Assembly: GCA_045627705.1 (NCBI GenBank)
Contig: JAZQOE010000063.1
Location: 1 to 17,268, forward strand
Direction of reading: 5' to 3'
Source: Kiritimatiellia bacterium
GTDB taxonomy: Bacteria > Verrucomicrobiota > Kiritimatiellia > RFP12 > JBMNHG01
Length of the DNA: 17,268 nucleotides
Part shown: in pieces, positions 12,828-17,268 of the stretch
Layout of the letters: the number at the start of each line of letters is the position of its first letter
Numbering within the stretch: the stretch's first letter is position 1
Position numbers and translations under genes: made by a program
The notes under the pieces: model-generated
What the model saw: only the letters and a program-made list of their open reading frames with translations
The model's database searches: none
What the model was told of the DNA's origin: nothing

Positions 12828-14762
12828 CTACTTGATATTGTTGAACTGCTGCGGCGGAGGAAGCGGCTGAATAGCCTTCTTCGCCGCCTCGTTGATCGGG
12901 GAGAGAAGCGTTCCCATGCGGCTGTCCTCTCGGTCGTAGGAATCGTCGTGGAGATCCTCCACCTTCTTTACGAAGCGTTCCGCGTCCTCGCGCGTCTTGT
13001 CCAGCTCGACCTGCTTGAGCCTTTCGAGCGCAACCGCGGCGGCGGGACTCTGGGCCGCGAGAGCCGCGAGTATCTGCTCCGGCGTGCGCGAGTTGTCGGA
13101 GGCGCGGAGCGCGGTGAGCGCGCCAGCGGCGATCGGGTCGGCGTTGTTCGCGGCAGCCTCGGCGAGAATGTGCTCGACATCGAGGGCGGCGTCGCGGTCG
13201 AGCTTGGCCTTCTGGAGCAGGCGAGCGCGAAGGGCGTCGTCATCGACATCCATCAGGCGTTCCTCGAGGGACATGCCGTGGCGGCGGTCGGCCTCGGCCT
13301 GCCTGTAGTCGAGGTTCACCTGGTTCTTTTCGCGGCGGACGCCGATCCACTCCTTCGCCTGGCGGACCTGCTCGTCCGCCGACATCCCGGAAATCTGCGT
13401 GGCATTCGTGGAGTTCTTGAGCGCCTCGCCGCGGTTGAAGTCCCCGATCTTGCCGGCGTTGGCGATGCTGTTATCGACCGCGCGGTCGCCGAGCCCGAAC
13501 TGGTGTGCCTGGTCCTCGTCTTCCACGGTGTAGGCGTGGTGGCGGAGTTCGTCGGCATGGCCGAGGCGCTCTATGTCGAGCATGCGCTGGTAAACTTCGG
13601 CCTCGTGCGAGCGCTCGCGCTTGAGGACTTCCCACTCGTGGTTGATTTCCTCGACCGTCAAGCCATATTCGTTGTTGAGGTCGAGGATGTAGCGCCGCAT
13701 GTCGTCGGCGTCCTTGTACTGCGACATGTTGCCGTGATCGACCGTCTTGCGAAGCGCGTCCCGGTATTCCTCGTAGCGGCGCTGCTGGTCGAGCGTGCGG
13801 CCATAGCCATACTGGGTCTCGTTGTCCTCAACCGAATCGCCGGCATGGGCCGTGACGTTCTGCTCGATGGTGGCGGCGAGCTTCTCGTATTCGTCGCCGG
13901 TGAATTCGGCGGAGGAAACGCGCGCGACTTCGAGTCCGCTGGCGGCCAGGTCATCCGCAACAAGGCGCGTCATCGACTCCTGCAGGCGGATGCGGCGCTG
14001 CGGGTCGCGGACAAGGTCGTCGAGCGTGGTCGCGGTACACATCGAATCGACGGCGAAGCGCATGACGGATTCGAGCCGTGCCGAAATCTCCGCCAGCGAC
14101 GTGCTGCGGTCAGACTTCATCAGGTTGGCCACCAGCGCCCGCGCGGAATCCTTGTCGCCGCGGAAACGGAGTATCACCTCGCCGTAGAATTCGATCGGAT
14201 AGCGCTCGGCTGTCGAAAGCGCCTCGATGTGCACTGGAAACGCCACTTCGGCGGCATCGACCAGCACCACTGAACGCGGCGGCGGATTGCCGAACCAGTT
14301 GATCTTGTGCGCCAGGCTGTCCGGGGCATGGCGGCCGCTTTCGAGGATGCCGCGCACCTCTCCGCCATCCATGATGATCGCGAGCGTTCCTTCCTGGATC
14401 TGGAGGCCGTCCTGGAGGATGCGCTTCACGTCGCCGATCTCGAAGCGCTGGGCGAACATCCCTGGCTCCTTGCGCCATACGCCCCCGGCCATCGCCGAAC
14501 GGTCGTCAGGGTAGAGCGGGGTGTTGCAGTGCGGGCAGAAGCGCGAGTCGTTGCCAATCCACTTGCCGCACGACGGACAGCGCCACCAGCCGCCAGGCGC
14601 AGGGCTGCCGCAGCGGTTGCAGAAGCGGGCGTTCTTCCTCACCCGGTTGCCGCAGCGCGGCCACTTGGGATCAAGCTTGGCCGCCTCGAGGGCATCGCCC
14701 GAAAGCGCCCTCTGCGTGTTTGGATCGATCAAGGCGTCGCAACGGTCTGTAAAGATTCCCAT
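12828..14762 (-). CDS. Double-zinc-ribbon SPFH (band-7 / flotillin-like) protein with a long C-terminal coiled coil.
   Basis: 644 aa with an ATG start and an AAAGGGA Shine-Dalgarno. Two CxxC...CxxC ribbons: RCGNRVRKNARFCNRCGSP and RCPSCGKWIGNDSRFCPHCNTP. The SPFH-like core is IQEGTLAIIMDGGEVRGILESGRH...SVVLVDAAEVAFPVHIEALSTAERYPIEFYGEVILRF...ARALVANLMKSDRSTSLAEISARLESVMRFAVDSMCTATTLDDLV...RIRLQESMTRLVADDLAASGLEVARVSS. A ~330 aa Glu/Arg/Ala/Leu-rich coiled coil follows. Confidence 0.8.
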   Translation of the reverse strand: MGIFTDRCDALIDPNTQRALSGDALEAAKLDPKWPRCGNRVRKNARFCNRCGSPAPGGWWRCPSCGKWIGNDSRFCPHCNTPLYPDDRSAMAGGVWRKEPGMFAQRFEIGDVKRILQDGLQIQEGTLAIIMDGGEVRGILESGRHAPDSLAHKINWFGNPPPRSVVLVDAAEVAFPVHIEALSTAERYPIEFYGEVILRFRGDKDSARALVANLMKSDRSTSLAEISARLESVMRFAVDSMCTATTLDDLVRDPQRRIRLQESMTRLVADDLAASGLEVARVSSAEFTGDEYEKLAATIEQNVTAHAGDSVEDNETQYGYGRTLDQQRRYEEYRDALRKTVDHGNMSQYKDADDMRRYILDLNNEYGLTVEEINHEWEVLKRERSHEAEVYQRMLDIERLGHADELRHHAYTVEDEDQAHQFGLGDRAVDNSIANAGKIGDFNRGEALKNSTNATQISGMSADEQVRQAKEWIGVRREKNQVNLDYRQAEADRRHGMSLEERLMDVDDDALRARLLQKAKLDRDAALDVEHILAEAAANNADPIAAGALTALRASDNSRTPEQILAALAAQSPAAAVALERLKQVELDKTREDAERFVKKVEDLHDDSYDREDSRMGTLLSPINEAAKKAIQPLPPPQQFNNIK

Positions 14763-14808
14763 CTCAAGTCCCTTTCATCCGCCACCTATGGCTAGCGGCA
14801 AACAGATT

Positions 14809-15168
14809 TCACTTCCTAGTCTCATTCTTGCCGGCATTTCCCGCGCAATCCTTGCAGAGGCGCAGGCCAAGACGCGTCCAGCAGTCATTGCAGATCGGCG
14901 CCGCGCAGCCATCGCCCTGGCAGTGGTGCTTCAGCGACACGCGGCTGCGATAGACGTTGCCGCAGATAGAGCATTCGCCACCGCCGGAATTCTCGCGCTT
15001 CTTGTCCTCGAGATACACATCGAGGTCGGCGCGTGAAACCCTGTACAACTTTCCAAGGCGAAAAGCCGGAAGTTCGCCACTCCGCGCCAGTTTGTAAACG
15101 AGCTGATAGGTCACGCCGAGATAATCGGCGACCTCTTCAAGGCTCATATACTCTTTATCGGTTGGCAT
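14809..15168 (-). CDS. Excisionase/MerR-superfamily HTH DNA-binding protein with a C-terminal zinc-ribbon domain. Likely regulator and first gene of the cluster.
   Basis: 119 aa with an ATG start and an AAGGA Shine-Dalgarno. SLEEVADYLGVTYQLVYKLARSGELPAFRLGKLYRVSRADLDVYLE matches the excisionase-family HTH (HTH_17-like). C-terminus CSICGNVYRSRVSLKHHCQGDGCAAPICNDCWTRLGLRLCKDC. Confidence 0.8.
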   Translation of the reverse strand: MPTDKEYMSLEEVADYLGVTYQLVYKLARSGELPAFRLGKLYRVSRADLDVYLEDKKRENSGGGECSICGNVYRSRVSLKHHCQGDGCAAPICNDCWTRLGLRLCKDCAGNAGKNETRK

Positions 15169-15399
15169 TATTGAATCCTTTTCGTTTCGTTGATGACATC
15201 AAGTTATCATTATTGGTTTTTGATGTCAATGCGAAATTTTGAAATATTTTGTTTATGTTTGTTTATATTTTATGTTTACAAAATCGGGGCCAAGACAACC
15301 CTGAAACCGACAGTTGCAAGGCAAAGACATCATACAGTTTTTCCAGTGCAGAACAAAGTCTTTGATTTTCGAGTTCAATAAGCTGTAAAATCATTTGCA
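15169..15399. promoter_or_regulatory. AT-rich divergent promoter region carrying operator-like palindromes: TTGATGACATCAA (15190-15202) and TTGATGTCAA (15220-15229). Also a TGTTTA/TGTTTAT direct-repeat tract (15247-15280).
   Basis: Read directly from the sequence. A 13-bp perfect palindrome with a 1-nt centre and a related half-site repeat lie 22-60 nt upstream of the HTH gene start. The region separates the minus-strand cluster from the plus-strand secreted-protein genes. Confidence 0.4.
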
Positions 15400-16164
15400 G
15401 TGAGATTGTACACAATATTTCGCTCCGCCCTTGTGGCGGCACTTGCGGCGTCGGCGAACGCCGCGATCCAGTTCGACGCATCGTTTGCGCCGTCGCTGGA
15501 GACGAACGGAGATGATGTCGTCTCGTGGGTCTCAACTTCCGGCGAAGCCGCGATCCATCCATGTCACGGCGCGACGAACGGCTGGACCTTGGCAAGGATC
15601 GCCGAGAATGGCGTGGACTTTTCCGGCACGCCCGCCGGGGTCGCTTCCCCGCTCTGCTTCCAGGACTCCGCGACGGGGATGGTCGGACGCATGTTTGCCG
15701 TCGCCGACTGCATCGCGCCGTCGGCGCTCTCGACCATTGTGGACGCGCCCGTGCCGGTGCGCGTCTCCGCGCCGCTTTTCGACGCCGACGGGTTCACGGT
15801 CGAGGCGACAAACGCGCTTGGCGTCGCACATGTCGAGCTGGACGGCGTGGAAGGCGGGGCGGTCGATGCCGGGCGGCATGTCGTCGAAGTTGCCTTCGAC
15901 GAACCCTGCGAGATGCGCGGGATTTTCATTGGCGGATGCCCCGCGACGCCCGCGTGGCGGCGCTCGTGGAACGGGACGATCCGCGAGGTCGTGCTTCTGC
16001 CGCCGGGAGCGACGGGCGAGGAGCTGGCGACCGTGCGGGCGTATCTCGCGAAGAAGTGGGATCTGGCGAGGCGTCCGTCGGGGTTCGCAAACGAGCTATT
16101 CATCGCGAAGCGCCTCGGACTCCGCGTGGGGAGCCTCTACGGCTCGGTACTGATGGTGAGGTAG
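15400..16164 (+). CDS. Secreted protein of unknown function.
   Basis: No in-frame ATG. The start is GTG (15400) or TTG (15406). (M)RLYTIFRSALVAALAASANA-AIQ is a signal peptide with an AXA cleavage site. GC3 is strongly biased. The stop lies 3 nt before the next ATG. Confidence 0.6.
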   Translation: MRLYTIFRSALVAALAASANAAIQFDASFAPSLETNGDDVVSWVSTSGEAAIHPCHGATNGWTLARIAENGVDFSGTPAGVASPLCFQDSATGMVGRMFAVADCIAPSALSTIVDAPVPVRVSAPLFDADGFTVEATNALGVAHVELDGVEGGAVDAGRHVVEVAFDEPCEMRGIFIGGCPATPAWRRSWNGTIREVVLLPPGATGEELATVRAYLAKKWDLARRPSGFANELFIAKRLGLRVGSLYGSVLMVR

Positions 16165-16167
16165 CGA

Positions 16168-17268
16168 ATGGAAAACCTCGTCCACGGCACTTTCCCGCTT
16201 CTCCTGGCCATCGCGACGATGGCGCTGGTGGTCCGCGCGATGGAATGGCACGGGCCGTTCGTGGCGCTGTGGCGCAGGCTCTGCCGCCTCGAACGGGTGC
16301 TCGCGGCCATGGCGCTTCTGGCGGTCGTGGGCTACGGCGGCGGCAAGGGCACCACCAACAATCCGTCATGCGGCGGCACGACGAACTACCCGTCATGCGG
16401 CGGCGACACGGACAGCCCCTCCGCCGGAGTGGACGCGGGCGGACCGTCGCTGCTTGGATCATCCGCGCCGCCGCGCAATGCGGCGGTCCCCGCGTGGTTC
16501 GGGGCGCTGGGGTATCCGTCCACGGACTCTGACGGTGACGGCATCCCCGACTGCTGGGAGCGCTGGACGCGCACCGATCCGAATGCCGACGATTCGGGGC
16601 TCGACCCGGACGGCGACGGCGTGGACAACCTGGAGGAGTTCCTGAACCAGTGCGACCCGATGCTCGCGGACACCGACGGCGACTCGCTTCCCGACCGTTA
16701 CGAGATCGACTCGGCGGCGCAGGGGCGTCCGTGGGCCGATCCCGTGTCCCCCGCCGTCTTCCCCGAAGACGGGCCTGATTCCGACGGCGACGGAACGCCC
16801 GACTGCTGGGAGGATTCAGGCGTCCGCTACGGGGTGCGCGACCTCTTCGGCGACGGGTTCCCGGACGGCATTTCGTGGCCATGCGAGGGGCCGGGCAACA
16901 TCGACGTGACCGCGACCATATCGTCCTCGCGCTCCGCGAAGCTGTCGTGGGGCGACGCGCCCGGCCAGTCGATAGTCGTACAGCCATGCACGAACCTCGA
17001 AGTCCGGCTGCGGCTCGCCAGCGCGGAACTCACGACGCTGGAGCTTTCGGCGGCGACCGCGTCGTCCACGGGCGGACTCTGGAAGGCCCGCATGGAACTC
17101 TCGTGGGGCTGGAGGCGCCACCAGCAGACGGAGCGCAACCGCGTCCGAACGGGGAACGGCGACGTGCTGGAGTGGGACGGGATGTCGGGCGAATTCTCCG
17201 GCCCGGACGCGCCAGCGCCGCGACCGCCGCTACTCATGGCGAGTCCCGCTCCGGGCGAAACGAACGCG
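16168..17268 (+). CDS. Protein with an N-terminal TM/signal anchor, a Cys/Gly/Thr-rich linker and thrombospondin-type-3-like Ca-binding repeats (DxDGDGxxDxxE). The 3' end runs past the window.
   Basis: The frame is open from ATG 16168 to the window end, which is why it is not in the track. Translation begins MENLVHGTFPLLLAIATMALVVRAMEW..., then duplicated NNPSCGGTTNYPSCGGDTD, then DSDGDGIPDCWE, DPDGDGVDNLEEF, DTDGDSLPDRYE and DSDGDGTPDCWE repeats. GC3 is high. Confidence 0.7.
   Translation, partial: MENLVHGTFPLLLAIATMALVVRAMEWHGPFVALWRRLCRLERVLAAMALLAVVGYGGGKGTTNNPSCGGTTNYPSCGGDTDSPSAGVDAGGPSLLGSSAPPRNAAVPAWFGALGYPSTDSDGDGIPDCWERWTRTDPNADDSGLDPDGDGVDNLEEFLNQCDPMLADTDGDSLPDRYEIDSAAQGRPWADPVSPAVFPEDGPDSDGDGTPDCWEDSGVRYGVRDLFGDGFPDGISWPCEGPGNIDVTATISSSRSAKLSWGDAPGQSIVVQPCTNLEVRLRLASAELTTLELSAATASSTGGLWKARMELSWGWRRHQQTERNRVRTGNGDVLEWDGMSGEFSGPDAPAPRPPLLMASPAPGETNA

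Noticed and set aside
1-17268. CRISPR arrays, rRNA, additional tRNAs, and toxin-antitoxin or restriction-modification genes.
   Set aside because: I found no regularly spaced direct repeats, no rRNA-like conserved blocks and no further tRNA cloverleaf signatures when reading both strands. None are claimed.

Overview
High-GC (~65%) bacterial chromosomal segment. At the low-coordinate end, on the minus strand, sit a 3'-truncated DDE-integrase-like ORF, a small GIY-YIG nuclease gene and a clear tmRNA (ssrA) gene whose tag ends ...ANDMALAA. Immediately upstream of ssrA, and also on the minus strand, is a ~13.4 kb co-directional cluster (1802-15168) with short intergenic gaps. Its genes are: an excisionase-type HTH protein with a C-terminal zinc ribbon; a double-zinc-ribbon SPFH/flotillin-like coiled-coil protein; two tandem paralogs with an N-terminal zinc ribbon, an FHA domain and a shared unrecognised Cys-containing C-terminal domain; a zinc-finger protein whose C-terminal region looks like ESCRT-III/Snf7; a C-tail-anchored secreted protein; a lipoprotein; two paralogous secreted proteins with near-identical 3' ends; a membrane-anchored HEXXH metalloprotease; a canonical-looking Snf7/ESCRT-III-family protein; a small polytopic membrane protein; and a Vps4-like AAA ATPase carrying an MIT-like N-domain and a Vps4-type C-terminal helix. 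This looks like a bacterial ESCRT-III/Vps4-type membrane-remodelling module sitting in a PspA-like neighbourhood (zinc ribbon plus SPFH). It is the main candidate for an undescribed system. Downstream, on the plus strand, are a secreted protein and a partial protein with thrombospondin-type-3-like Ca-binding repeats. Most of the long antisense ORFs in the track are high-GC shadow ORFs. Several track start codons are TTG or GTG and were trimmed to ATG starts with a Shine-Dalgarno sequence. All calls are from reading the sequence by eye. No database searches were run. Coordinates of features I located by hand may be off by 1-2 nt.
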